From Methanothrix sp. (lineage in GTDB: Archaea; Halobacteriota; Methanosarcinia; Methanotrichales; Methanotrichaceae): a stretch of 64,000 bases of DNA. Positions 18,492 to 27,754 of this stretch are shown piece by piece. The notes under the pieces were generated by a model. That model saw nothing but the letters and a program-made list of their open reading frames with translations. It was not told the origin of the DNA and searched no databases. Within the stretch, counting starts at the first letter, position 1; each line of letters opens with the position of its first letter. Location of the stretch: contig OY821645.1 of assembly GCA_963682135.1 (NCBI GenBank), forward strand, positions 2,048,001 through 2,112,000, written 5' to 3'. Position numbers and translations under genes: made by a program.

Positions 18492-20132
18492 TCATCTCAT
18501 CACAGTTCCGCTAATTGTGATGAATAATAAGATCGAGAATAAACCTCCGAGAATTCTCTCCAGAACAAATACCTTTTTTATCAGATAGGGAGTCAGATAA
18601 AGAGCATCTGGTACGGCAGGCGGATCGATAAATAGCTTTGTTCCGGAAAGAAAGATCGTTGCGCTAAAGCTTATTGCGTACAAGAATCTATTAACCTTGC
18701 TCCATAAAATAGAATAACGCGATGGTTTTTTAATAATATTGTCTGCGAAGCTATATTCATCTCGTACGATCATATTGACTTCTGGTTTTCCTAGTCCAAC
18801 CCATGTCCAGAAAAGGCCAAAGATGGTTATGACCAATAAAGACCAGAGCAAAGGATTCAGGGGCTTCTTGCCATATCCATAGGAATATTGCAGGAATGTA
18901 TCCAGATATTTCATAAATGGGCGGGTCCCTGGCCAAGGCTGTTTTCTATGCTCAATTCGGTATTCGTAATAACAACTATCAAAGTCCTCATAGTAGCCGA
19001 GTTTCTTAAAATTCTCCAATAAAGATAAATATGCAGAATCATCGTAATCGAGCTTTTTAATATTATACCACCTTATATACAATTTATTGTAACTTGACCT
19101 CTTTAAAAAAAGAACGCCTTTGATTGTCGTGCCTTCAAATACCGCATCCCTACTAAATTGTCTATTGATGAAACTAAGATTATTATCAAAAATACTATCA
19201 AGAAAATAAGCTTCTTTGCCGAAATAACCTTGGCCGAAATCTACTGGTCCATGATAATTGGTTAGACTGAAGTAGGAACATTCGTCAAATCTTGAGTTAC
19301 TAAAGTCCGATGATCCGTTGAACTCAGAAGCAGTAAAATCAGCCAAATTTTTAAAATCAGACTCAAAGAAGCTAATATTCCCTTTAAAATAGGCATTTCC
19401 GAATTTGGTAAGGCCGTTGAATTTGCCATAATTGAAATCTGTTTGATCTCCAAAATAGGAGTACGAGAAGATCGCATCTTTATTAAACCTGGAATCGGTG
19501 AAAGCGACTGACTTTTGAAAACTTGATGCCTCAAAGTACGCATTTTTATTGAATGTCGAATGGATAAATCCGGCGGATTCACCAAATGTCGAGCTTTGAA
19601 AATCGGCTTCGTCATCGAACATGGATTCGCTGAAATCTACTGGCCCGATGAATCTGGAGTCCCAAAAGTGAGATTGACCGTTGAACTCAGAGTTTTGGAA
19701 ATTGGCGTACTTATTAAACTCACAGGCCGTAAAGTCAGCGATCCCGGTGATGTGGACGTTATTGAAGTCTGCCGATTCGCTGAAATTGGCGCAGCTATAG
19801 TACGCAGATTTATTAAAATCACAGTAACTGAAATCTGCAATTTCGCCAAACTTACAGTTGTTAAAATAGGCACCGCCATTGAAGCAACTTGTATTAAATT
19901 TAGCTCCGTTTGAGAAGGTGGTGTTATTAAAGTGCACATCCTCTTCTATCTTCGTTCCATTGAGAACCAGATTTCCGATTACGATGCAATTATCAAAATT
20001 AGCAATATCTCCACTTCTGATTGCAGTCTCGACTGCTCTGGCCGAAACCACCTCTTGGCTAATTGCATTGCATGTGGCAAACAGTGTCGCAATAACTAAA
20101 ATTATCATTATTTGCCACATGTGTACTAGCAT
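18492..20132 (-). CDS. Pentapeptide-repeat (Phe-type) protein with C-terminal channel-like membrane domain
   Basis: Signal peptide, many AxFxxSxF repeats, then YGYGKKP, a TM helix, FSATIFLS and a final TM (ERILGGLF). Confidence 0.85.
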   Translation of the reverse strand: MLVHMWQIMIILVIATLFATCNAISQEVVSARAVETAIRSGDIANFDNCIVIGNLVLNGTKIEEDVHFNNTTFSNGAKFNTSCFNGGAYFNNCKFGEIADFSYCDFNKSAYYSCANFSESADFNNVHITGIADFTACEFNKYANFQNSEFNGQSHFWDSRFIGPVDFSESMFDDEADFQSSTFGESAGFIHSTFNKNAYFEASSFQKSVAFTDSRFNKDAIFSYSYFGDQTDFNYGKFNGLTKFGNAYFKGNISFFESDFKNLADFTASEFNGSSDFSNSRFDECSYFSLTNYHGPVDFGQGYFGKEAYFLDSIFDNNLSFINRQFSRDAVFEGTTIKGVLFLKRSSYNKLYIRWYNIKKLDYDDSAYLSLLENFKKLGYYEDFDSCYYEYRIEHRKQPWPGTRPFMKYLDTFLQYSYGYGKKPLNPLLWSLLVITIFGLFWTWVGLGKPEVNMIVRDEYSFADNIIKKPSRYSILWSKVNRFLYAISFSATIFLSGTKLFIDPPAVPDALYLTPYLIKKVFVLERILGGLFSILLFITISGTVMR

Positions 20133-20485
20133 GCACCACCTTTTATTATTCTTATATTAATATCCGGTGCATATCCTGATCTAGGGTTTCCAACCTTTAC
20201 ACCGCTGATAGAACCGCAAAGAATATCTGAACCTCTAATTTTTTTTGCCGATATTTTGTGAGATCCGTTAGGTGAAATCTGGATGGTCAGGCTTCCTTGT
20301 GTGTCTGTTGATCCCTTTTTCACGTTATCTAATGATATGGATGCCCCCTGTACAGGAATTTTATTATTATTCCTGTCAAATTCATAGACCTTAACCCTTA
20401 CATTTGTAGCGCTCACCGACGATACTAATGCAAAAACTAATATAAAAATCATTAATGTCCTTGTTGCATTCATTTCAACCACCAC
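20126..20485 (-). CDS. Small secreted protein, carboxypeptidase-regulatory/PEGA-like beta sandwich
   Basis: Signal peptide; PVQGASISLD...GSTDTQG motif. Confidence 0.65.
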   Translation of the reverse strand: MVVEMNATRTLMIFILVFALVSSVSATNVRVKVYEFDRNNNKIPVQGASISLDNVKKGSTDTQGSLTIQISPNGSHKISAKKIRGSDILCGSISGVKVGNPRSGYAPDINIRIIKGGAC

Positions 20486-20529
20486 AATGGTGCACTAAAT
20501 TATTGGTGCAAGTATTTATTATTTTGTCT

Positions 20530-20930
20530 TAGCCTCTAAATCCTAACGGCGAGGCTATGCCGTATATGCAACCTATAATCGTTCCATCTGTTTTCGACAT
20601 CAGCATGTTTTGGTTGGTGGTCCACTAAAATATTCGCCATCTAAAATTATGCAAATTATAAAAAGCATACTCGCGAGGGAAATTTTTAAACGATATCCTG
20701 AAATCAAGAAGCAGCTTTGGGGTGGACATTTTTGGAGCGAAGGTGGGTATGTTGGCACGGTTGGTGATGATGTAACATCGGAAATTGTTCGAGAGTATAT
20801 CAATAAGCAAGGAATCAAAAATGAACTGGAAAGCCATGCTCAATTAAAGCTTATCGATTTCAGCTAAACCAGCGGCGGCGCCTTGCATGCCCCGATGCTT
20901 GCTGCGCGAGTGCGCCGCCGCCGTTTGACT
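20530..20930 (+). mobile_element. tnpA: Internally deleted IS200-type element (Y1 transposase C-terminal half) with both end hairpins
   Basis: KYSPSKIMQIIKSILAREIFK...LWGGHFWSEGGYVGTVG...EYINKQ is the TnpA C-terminus; the HUH motif is missing. Hairpins TAGCCTC/GAGGCTA (20530-20557) and GCGGCGGCGC/GCGCCGCCGC (20872-20921). Confidence 0.85.
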
Positions 20931-21078
20931 ATAAGGCCCTCATCTCGGGCTCAAATCTTTCGATGGCGCGCGGCGAATTGTGGGTTAGCTATTTGCTTTC
21001 GCTGATGCGGACAAATCGCCATCATTGAATTGTAAAATTGATTTTACCAAGATTATTTGGGCGAGCAGTTAGTTAAAA

Positions 21079-21582
21079 TTAGGAACAACCTCCGCCACAT
21101 CCTCCCCCGCCCGACGTCGAGGTTGTGGTCCCCCTCGATCCGGAGATGGGATACATGATGTTCGTGTACCCGGCCAGGTTCCTATTGACACGATCTCTGG
21201 AATAACCGGATAGATCCAGAACCTTTTTGCCAGTAGAATCTGATGCAAGAGATGGATTAGTTGGATCTAACGGATCATTTTCCGATCCAGCCGGGGAAAG
21301 CACGGCATTGGCGTTGGTGGCATTGAGACCTTCCGTTGAAGTCGTATTTATCGAGGTGCTATTCGACGAAGAGTTGCTCATTGAGGTGTTGTTCATTATC
21401 GCCTGAGCAGGAGATCCGCCCAGAGCTTGCACCTCTTTTCCACTGGAGACAGATGATGCTGCAAGATTAAGATCCCCCATGTACACCATTGCTCCGCCCG
21501 GAGACCACTGGGCAGAGGCATTGAAGGCCAGGGCGAAGAACGTGATGAGCAAGACTAAAGCCATATTATTAGCATTTAGCAT
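21079..21582 (-). CDS. Secreted low-complexity Ser/Thr/Asn-rich protein ending GGGGCGGGCS
   Basis: Signal peptide, GGAG RBS, multiple N-x-S/T sequons. Confidence 0.75.
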   Translation of the reverse strand: MLNANNMALVLLITFFALAFNASAQWSPGGAMVYMGDLNLAASSVSSGKEVQALGGSPAQAIMNNTSMSNSSSNSTSINTTSTEGLNATNANAVLSPAGSENDPLDPTNPSLASDSTGKKVLDLSGYSRDRVNRNLAGYTNIMYPISGSRGTTTSTSGGGGCGGGCS

Positions 21583-21645
21583 AAGTATCGATTCCTCCCT
21601 ATAGAAATCAACTATGTTTCGAAAAAGCGCTCTCAGAAAATAAGA

Positions 21646-21670
21646 TTATGTGCCCGCTCGGGGCACATAA
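21646..21670 (-). terminator. Hairpin terminator of the cdh operon
   Basis: TTATGTGCCC-GCTCG-GGGCACATAA, a perfect 10-bp stem followed on the minus strand by a T-run, just after the cdhE stop. Confidence 0.75.
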
Positions 21671-21694
21671 CTTTGCATTCCTGGGTCAACTGAT

Positions 21695-23119
21695 TTACTT
21701 CTTGGGTGGCCAGTATTCCTTCATCCAGCCGATGATGCGTCCGGAGTCTTCTGGGCCGACCATAATCTTGGCCTTGCCTGCGAAGAGGTCTTCCAGCTCA
21801 CCGGAGAACTTGGCAGCCATTCCGGGCAGAACCATTGCCGGGAACTTCTGACCTGCCCAGTTGAAGGCAGCCTCGTTGAAGGAATCCAGGATCTTGGTCG
21901 GGCTCAACTGACCGCCGGCCACAGACGCCTGTACGCCAATTCCATCGGTATTGATGGCGATGATGTAGGCATCGATGCCGTTGGAGGCGATATCCGACTC
22001 TACTGTGTAGTAGGTCAGGGCGAAGTTCGTGGTCAGGAAGACCGGAGACTCAGCGCCTGGATTACCGACCTTGTAGATGCCGGGCTTGACCTGCACGGGT
22101 GTCCTTGGATCGGTGTAGATGTTGAAGCGCAGATGCATATCGGGCATCATGCTGTGAGCCTCAAGCGAGTGCTTGATCATGATGGCTCCGCCGCGAATGA
22201 CGAAGGCAGCAGTAAGCACGGACTCCCAGTAAGAAGCACGAACTGGATCGTCGGTAGTCAGCCAGGCGTTGATGGGCAGCACCATGACTGGATAGGCGAT
22301 ATCCCTCTGGGCTTCTTCAACAGCCGCTCTTCTCAGGTTGATGAAGTTGAGCAATGTCTGTTGCAGCAATTTGCCGTTTGGTGCGGTGCCGGGGTCCAAG
22401 ACGAGATCGTTAAGGCCCATTTCGGCAAAGGTGACGGCCATGGACTTCAGGCCATCCAGATCGAAGGGCACGGACAGCGTTACGGGCACCTTATAGTCAA
22501 AGGCGAGCTGAGCGACTTCCTTCCAGTTGTCCTTGTTGGCGGCGTAAATGAGTGGATTCACCTTGGCGGCGACCTCAAGTCCGGCCTTGAGAACGGCGGG
22601 ATTGAAGGAGCAGAGGATTAGCGGAAAGTCCGAATTGGCCATGACTGTCTTGACACAGGCTGCGAACTTGGCCGGGTCGTCGGTCACGGAACGGACGGCA
22701 ATCATCTCTACACCCTGCCACTTGCCGATGTAGAACTTGCGCCAGGTAGAGATCTTCTTGACACGTTCTACCAGCTTGGCCTCTTCCATGTTATCGGCAA
22801 CATCGTAGGCAAATGGCGGCTTGTTGAAGAAGGTCATCTGGTGGCGGAACATGACGTCCTCGCCGCCAACCTTGACCTGCTTTTCGCCAACGCCAACGTA
22901 TACCATTCTGAGCTCGGGAGCGACGATGCTCTTCAGAGCCACAAGCTTCTTGGCGTACTTCTTCTCATCTACCAGTGGAGTGCACTCCTCTACCTTGCGG
23001 GTCCTGGCAATCAGGCCGGCGGCAAAGGCCATGCAGGTCTCCTCTTTGCACTTCTTACAGTTAGTCTGTGGAAGCTGCTTGTAAAGGTTAAGCGGGCTAG
23101 TTTCCTTCATTTTACTCAC
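21695..23119 (-). CDS. cdhE: ACDS complex gamma subunit (large corrinoid Fe-S protein)
   Basis: [43 protein letters not shown]. Confidence 0.96.
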   Translation of the reverse strand: MSKMKETSPLNLYKQLPQTNCKKCKEETCMAFAAGLIARTRKVEECTPLVDEKKYAKKLVALKSIVAPELRMVYVGVGEKQVKVGGEDVMFRHQMTFFNKPPFAYDVADNMEEAKLVERVKKISTWRKFYIGKWQGVEMIAVRSVTDDPAKFAACVKTVMANSDFPLILCSFNPAVLKAGLEVAAKVNPLIYAANKDNWKEVAQLAFDYKVPVTLSVPFDLDGLKSMAVTFAEMGLNDLVLDPGTAPNGKLLQQTLLNFINLRRAAVEEAQRDIAYPVMVLPINAWLTTDDPVRASYWESVLTAAFVIRGGAIMIKHSLEAHSMMPDMHLRFNIYTDPRTPVQVKPGIYKVGNPGAESPVFLTTNFALTYYTVESDIASNGIDAYIIAINTDGIGVQASVAGGQLSPTKILDSFNEAAFNWAGQKFPAMVLPGMAAKFSGELEDLFAGKAKIMVGPEDSGRIIGWMKEYWPPKK

Positions 23120-24468
23120 ACCCCCATCTTGAGCCAGGCAGCAGTATCAGGCGTCTTGGCCTCAATTCTTCCCATCAGGGACTGAGTGATCTCATGCACA
23201 TAGGCAACCGCAGTCGGGTGCATCATCATGAAGATGTCCACACCGGCCATGGCCAGAGAGTATCCGGTCAGAATCTCCCAGATTGGGCCTCTCAGCATGC
23301 GGTCTCCCCAGTCGGAGTCGTCCTTGTTGGGTGAGCGGACCATCCAGGACTCTCTGACACCCCAGGCGTTGGTGGTGCCGGAGGACATGGGGAAAGTAAG
23401 CTCGTCATCGCCCTTCAGAGCGCCGAGACGAATTCTCTCCATGTTGGAGTAGGCGAAGTCCAGGCCGTAAGCGAGCGCTGCTGTGGTTGGGTCCATAACG
23501 ATGGACTCGCGGGGAACGCCGGCGACCTTCATGAGCTTCCTGTTCAGTTCCTTCTGAGAGTTGATCTCGAGCTGAGTCCAGGCCAGGCACACATGTCCGT
23601 TGTCGACACAAGCCTTGCCGATCTTCTCCCAATCCATATTCAGGTTGGCAGAGGCGATAAGAACGCGCTCGCCCTGGGCTACTTCTGCTGCCTTGGAGAG
23701 CACAATTGGGTCCTTATTGGGGTTGCCGGATCCGCCGATACAGATTGGCACATCCACAGCCTGCAATACCTCTTCAACGGTCTTGACTGCATCTTGAGCA
23801 GAGGTGTCCTTGAGGAGCGGATCAGTGCTGATCAGGTGAACGGTGACCATGTCGGCGCCGAACTTCTTGACAGCCTTCTTGGCCCACTCACCGGGAGAGT
23901 TGATGACATCCTCATAATGCATTTTGACGGCCTTGGCCATGCCGATGGGCATGTCGAAGACGTCCATGGTGATCTTGGGTGCATGAGGCATGGCTGCATC
24001 CGGGAAGAAAGGCATAGCCTTCTCGCCGCCCAGCTTGACCACATGACCGCGGCTTCCACCGTCTGCTTTGGTGGCGCCCAGTGTGACCTCTTGGATGGGG
24101 TTCCGCCAGGACTTGTCCACTCCGACGGCAAACTTGGCGCTGGCCAAGGCAGATGCTACCTTGAATGCCGGGACTGCCGCTGCCGCTGCTGCCAGATCCT
24201 TAGGAGCAGGAGAAATAGCCTGAGCTACTGCTACCGGCTGGAGCAGATTCTCTACGGGATAGCCTACAGCCTTGGCGAAGTTCATAAGCTGCATGGCAAT
24301 CTTGGCTGCCTCTTGCCCGAAATAGTATGCAAAGAGGGGGCCTACGCCGCCTGCACCTGCATCTATCTCTATCTCTACATCACCCTCGATCTTTAATCCC
24401 TCGAGGGATTGAACATTCATTTCCGCTAATGTCTTATTAAGGTCAGATAAAGAGATCTTCTCTGCCAT
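23116..24468 (-). CDS. cdhD: ACDS complex delta subunit
   Basis: [41 protein letters not shown]. Confidence 0.96.
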   Translation of the reverse strand: MAEKISLSDLNKTLAEMNVQSLEGLKIEGDVEIEIDAGAGGVGPLFAYYFGQEAAKIAMQLMNFAKAVGYPVENLLQPVAVAQAISPAPKDLAAAAAAVPAFKVASALASAKFAVGVDKSWRNPIQEVTLGATKADGGSRGHVVKLGGEKAMPFFPDAAMPHAPKITMDVFDMPIGMAKAVKMHYEDVINSPGEWAKKAVKKFGADMVTVHLISTDPLLKDTSAQDAVKTVEEVLQAVDVPICIGGSGNPNKDPIVLSKAAEVAQGERVLIASANLNMDWEKIGKACVDNGHVCLAWTQLEINSQKELNRKLMKVAGVPRESIVMDPTTAALAYGLDFAYSNMERIRLGALKGDDELTFPMSSGTTNAWGVRESWMVRSPNKDDSDWGDRMLRGPIWEILTGYSLAMAGVDIFMMMHPTAVAYVHEITQSLMGRIEAKTPDTAAWLKMGV

Positions 24469-24479
24469 TCAAATCACCC

Positions 24480-25241
24480 TCACAGGCCCAATTTCCCGAC
24501 GACCTGAGTTATTTCTTGCACTGCAGGTGATTCATCGGGAAGGCCTACTATTGGATCTCCCACTAAATCGATTTTGGCTAAGTTTTCATCATAGGGAATA
24601 GTGCCGATAACCGAGAGACCGATGCCTTTAGCATTCTCCAGAACCCTATCCTTGCTTCCCGCTGTGACCTTGTTGACGATCACATAGAGATTTTGATACT
24701 TCAGCTCGATCTCGCGAGCAGTGTCACGTATGCGCTCGCCTGTGGTAAGCCCTCTTCTGGACTCATCCGTCACCACGATAAGATCGTCAAGGTCGGGAAT
24801 GGTCTTCCTGCTGAAATGCTCCAGGCCCGCCGGCGTGTCAATGATGATTAGATCGTAGCTGGCCGTGGTCTTATCCATAACGGCGCGCAAAAGATTGTTG
24901 ACAAAACAGTAACACCCAGATCCTTCCGGCTTGCCCATGACAAGAAGATCATAGCCTTCCTCCTCCAAGAGAATCTCGAAGAGTTTGGCCTCAAGAAGCG
25001 CTTGCTTGTCAGTATCCGGTGAAGCTGTGAACCGGGACTGCTGCACGAACTCCCTCATGTCGCCAATGGTCTTTCCGACCTTTGCGCCCAGCGCATCTGC
25101 CAGATTGGCATCAGGATCCGCATCAATTGCAAGTATTCGGTACTTTTTTTCAGAGTTCTTTACAAGGTGTCTGATAAGCATCGCGGTCACAGCTGTCTTG
25201 CCGGTGCCGCCCTTGCCGGTTACCGCTATTACTTTCCCCAA
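24480..25241 (-). CDS. cooC: CO dehydrogenase/ACS nickel-insertion ATPase (CooC/AcsF)
   Basis: Deviant Walker A GKGGTGKT, DADP, GCYC, AGLEHFSR. Confidence 0.93.
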   Translation of the reverse strand: MGKVIAVTGKGGTGKTAVTAMLIRHLVKNSEKKYRILAIDADPDANLADALGAKVGKTIGDMREFVQQSRFTASPDTDKQALLEAKLFEILLEEEGYDLLVMGKPEGSGCYCFVNNLLRAVMDKTTASYDLIIIDTPAGLEHFSRKTIPDLDDLIVVTDESRRGLTTGERIRDTAREIELKYQNLYVIVNKVTAGSKDRVLENAKGIGLSVIGTIPYDENLAKIDLVGDPIVGLPDESPAVQEITQVVGKLGL

Positions 25242-25254
25242 GGTCTAGCCTTCC

Positions 25255-25431
25255 TTATTTTTTCGGTTTTATGACAACTTCCGCTACATGGATGGATGCG
25301 CCTCTTAGCTCAATGGTCATTCCACCCGATGATGCTGCTGGCATAGCGAAAGCCGGAGCTGCTGCGCCTGCTGCTGCCGCAGGTGCGGCTGCGGCTGGAG
25401 CTGCTTCTTTCTTTTTAAGCTTAAGCTGCAT
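25255..25431 (-). CDS. 58-aa Ala/Pro microprotein in the ACDS operon (copy 2)
   Basis: Hand translation MQLKLKKKEAAPAAAAPAAAAGAAAPAFAMPAASSGGMTIELRGASIHVAEVVIKPKK*. GGGAGA RBS. Paralog of 25516..25689. Not in the ORF track. Confidence 0.85.
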   Translation of the reverse strand: MQLKLKKKEAAPAAAAPAAAAGAAAPAFAMPAASSGGMTIELRGASIHVAEVVIKPKK

Positions 25432-25515
25432 AATATCTCCCTCACTTTGAACTAAAACGATAGGACTCGCTTGGTAAAATCCGCCCGGCTCCCCAAAAAA
25501 GGGGATAGGCAGACT

Positions 25516-25689
25516 CTACTTAGCGAGTACTACCTTGTCTATGCTGATCTTGGCATCCTTCAGTATCAGCTTAATGCCGCCGGCGCTGCCGGACATGGAG
25601 AAAGCTGGTGCTGCTGCCCCTGCGGCTGCAGGCGCGGCTGCTGGAGCCGCGGCTGGGGCCGCTTCCTTCTTCTTGAGTTTTAACTGCAT
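25516..25689 (-). CDS. 57-aa Ala/Pro microprotein in the ACDS operon (copy 1)
   Basis: MQLKLKKKEAAPAAAPAAAPAAAGAAAPAFSMSGSAGGIKLILKDAKISIDKVVLAK*. GGTGA RBS. Confidence 0.85.
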   Translation of the reverse strand: MQLKLKKKEAAPAAAPAAAPAAAGAAAPAFSMSGSAGGIKLILKDAKISIDKVVLAK

Positions 25690-25731
25690 AGATTTCACCC
25701 TCTTTTATTCTTTCTAACTCTGAAATTCACT

Positions 25732-27138
25732 TCACTCAAGTACGCCGTCTTCCTGCAGAGCCTCGACGACCTGCATGAACTGGCCCTCGGTCAAGGCAAG
25801 CTCGGACTTAACGGTATCGATGTTGATGTCTCCGCCGGTCTTCTCGATATAGGCCATGACCTTCTCTTTGATCTCGTCGGAAATATCCTCGAGCTTCCAG
25901 CCCTCGGTGATCTTCTTGCCATCGACCTTTCTGGCGACACCATCGACAACGGGGTGGTTGACCTTGAGCAAGAAGGCCTTAAGAGCAGTAATATCCTTGG
26001 CATCGTCTTCAGTGGCGATCTTGGCCATCATGTCCTCATCGATGCCTGCCTTTACTCTCTCCTTGAGACCCTTGGACATCCAGACGATCCTTCTCCAGCC
26101 GCCGTCGGCCTGGAGGAACTTGGGTGAGAAGTAGTAGAGAATACCCATTCCCAGGAATCCTACAACCTGCTTGCCGCCGCCGGTCTGACCTGCCATGGTA
26201 GAGAAGGGCAGTCCGTTGGGGGTTGCGCCCCTGAAGTCACGGTCGGCTAGACCAATGCCGTCAACCTCGGGCATGTAGAAGCCGATGGTCTCGAAGCAGC
26301 CACAAGAGGTGTGGGGTGCATCGAAGAACGTGTAGAGGAGCATCCTGCTGTACTCGCCGCCGGAACGCTTCGCAGCCATCTCGTTGATGGCTTCATACTC
26401 GCCGGCAACGGCGTCAACTGCGGTTCCCTTGGGTATGGGGAACTGGGGGCCCTCTGGGTCCACCTTGGCAGCTGCGCGTCCATCGAACCAGGTGATAGCT
26501 CCGCACAGGGATGGCCTGTCCGGGGTAACCACGCAGGCGCTGGTGGGAGCGAATGCCTGGCACAGTGTGCAGCCGTAGAAGACATCGACGTCCTCATCGT
26601 GCAGTCCCTTGGCGCGCTCATCACGTGTCTTGTAGACTGCCATGGCGTTGGCCAGCTCTTCCTTTACCTTGGCTGGATCGGTGACGATGGTGATCTCCAT
26701 CTTCTCGATGAAGGGCATCTCGGCCTTGTACAGCTCGATGACGGGGGTAAAGATCTCCTTCCAGGATGTTACACCCTTCTTCTTGAGGCTCTTGCCGATT
26801 CTCATCCAGATATCATATCTCTGGTTGAGGTGCATGAGGCCGCTGATGTAGGACAGCAGGGCATGGTTGCGCCTCTCGATGATGGACTCCAGGTCCTTCT
26901 CAATCTTCTCGCCGCCAACCTTGAAGATCATGCCGAAGGCCATGGTTGTGCCTTCTTTCATCTCTCCAAGATCCGGACCGATAACAGTTACCTTTCCATC
27001 GGTGATCTGGTCCATAGGTGTGGCCAGGGACAGCTCGAATCCGTCTGCCTTGGGGCCGCCCAGCTCTACCCATAGATCGTCTTTTCTAATTCTTTCGCCC
27101 TCAAACATAGGGGATATATCCAACTTTATGTCTGCCAT
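25732..27138 (-). CDS. cdhC: ACDS complex beta subunit (acetyl-CoA synthase)
   Basis: FYGCTLCQAFAP, LCGAI, PHTSCGCFE, FLQADGGW. Confidence 0.96.
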   Translation of the reverse strand: MADIKLDISPMFEGERIRKDDLWVELGGPKADGFELSLATPMDQITDGKVTVIGPDLGEMKEGTTMAFGMIFKVGGEKIEKDLESIIERRNHALLSYISGLMHLNQRYDIWMRIGKSLKKKGVTSWKEIFTPVIELYKAEMPFIEKMEITIVTDPAKVKEELANAMAVYKTRDERAKGLHDEDVDVFYGCTLCQAFAPTSACVVTPDRPSLCGAITWFDGRAAAKVDPEGPQFPIPKGTAVDAVAGEYEAINEMAAKRSGGEYSRMLLYTFFDAPHTSCGCFETIGFYMPEVDGIGLADRDFRGATPNGLPFSTMAGQTGGGKQVVGFLGMGILYYFSPKFLQADGGWRRIVWMSKGLKERVKAGIDEDMMAKIATEDDAKDITALKAFLLKVNHPVVDGVARKVDGKKITEGWKLEDISDEIKEKVMAYIEKTGGDINIDTVKSELALTEGQFMQVVEALQEDGVLE

Positions 27139-27170
27139 TAATACACCTCTTCTGTTAAATGAGATGAACT

Positions 27171-27734
27171 TTATTTCTTCATCGCTGCGATTACTTCATC
27201 CACCGCGGCGTGATAGTCGTCTGGGTTGAAGGCCATGTTGCCAAAGGTCATATTCGCATTGACGTGATAGTAGCGGTCAATGGATATGCGCTTGATGTCC
27301 CTGTTGAAGTTCTTGAGAGTTGCGAACATGGCGTTGGCGAATTTGTAGAAGATGCCCATAAAGATAACGGCATCATACTGGCCCTGGCCATCCAAGCCCT
27401 TCCAGTCAGGGAAGCGCAGGAAATTGGTCAAGGGATGCAGGCCGATCTGATAGACGTTCTCCAGGTAGCCTCTGTCCACAAAGCCCTTCACGGAATGTGC
27501 CGTGGCGGCAATGGGTATGCCCATCTTGCCCATCTCGATCATCTTATCGAACATGATGGGGTCGTCAAAGAGCTCTGCTCCAACCACGAGCAATGGTCTC
27601 TTGGACTTCTTGATAATAGCGCCGAGAACCTTCGGCATGTAGGTCTTGGCCATCTCCGGCCCAGGAATCTGGGCCATCTCAAAGGGAACGGCGTTCTTGG
27701 TGGTGTCAATGCCCTTCTTAACTTCTGCTGCCAT
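27171..27734 (-). CDS. cdhB: ACDS complex epsilon subunit
   Basis: KRPLLVVG, WKGLDGQGQYD, YHVNANMTFGN; lies between cdhA and cdhC. Confidence 0.93.
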   Translation of the reverse strand: MAAEVKKGIDTTKNAVPFEMAQIPGPEMAKTYMPKVLGAIIKKSKRPLLVVGAELFDDPIMFDKMIEMGKMGIPIAATAHSVKGFVDRGYLENVYQIGLHPLTNFLRFPDWKGLDGQGQYDAVIFMGIFYKFANAMFATLKNFNRDIKRISIDRYYHVNANMTFGNMAFNPDDYHAAVDEVIAAMKK

Positions 27735-27754
27735 TTTTATCTCCTCCTTTGCCC

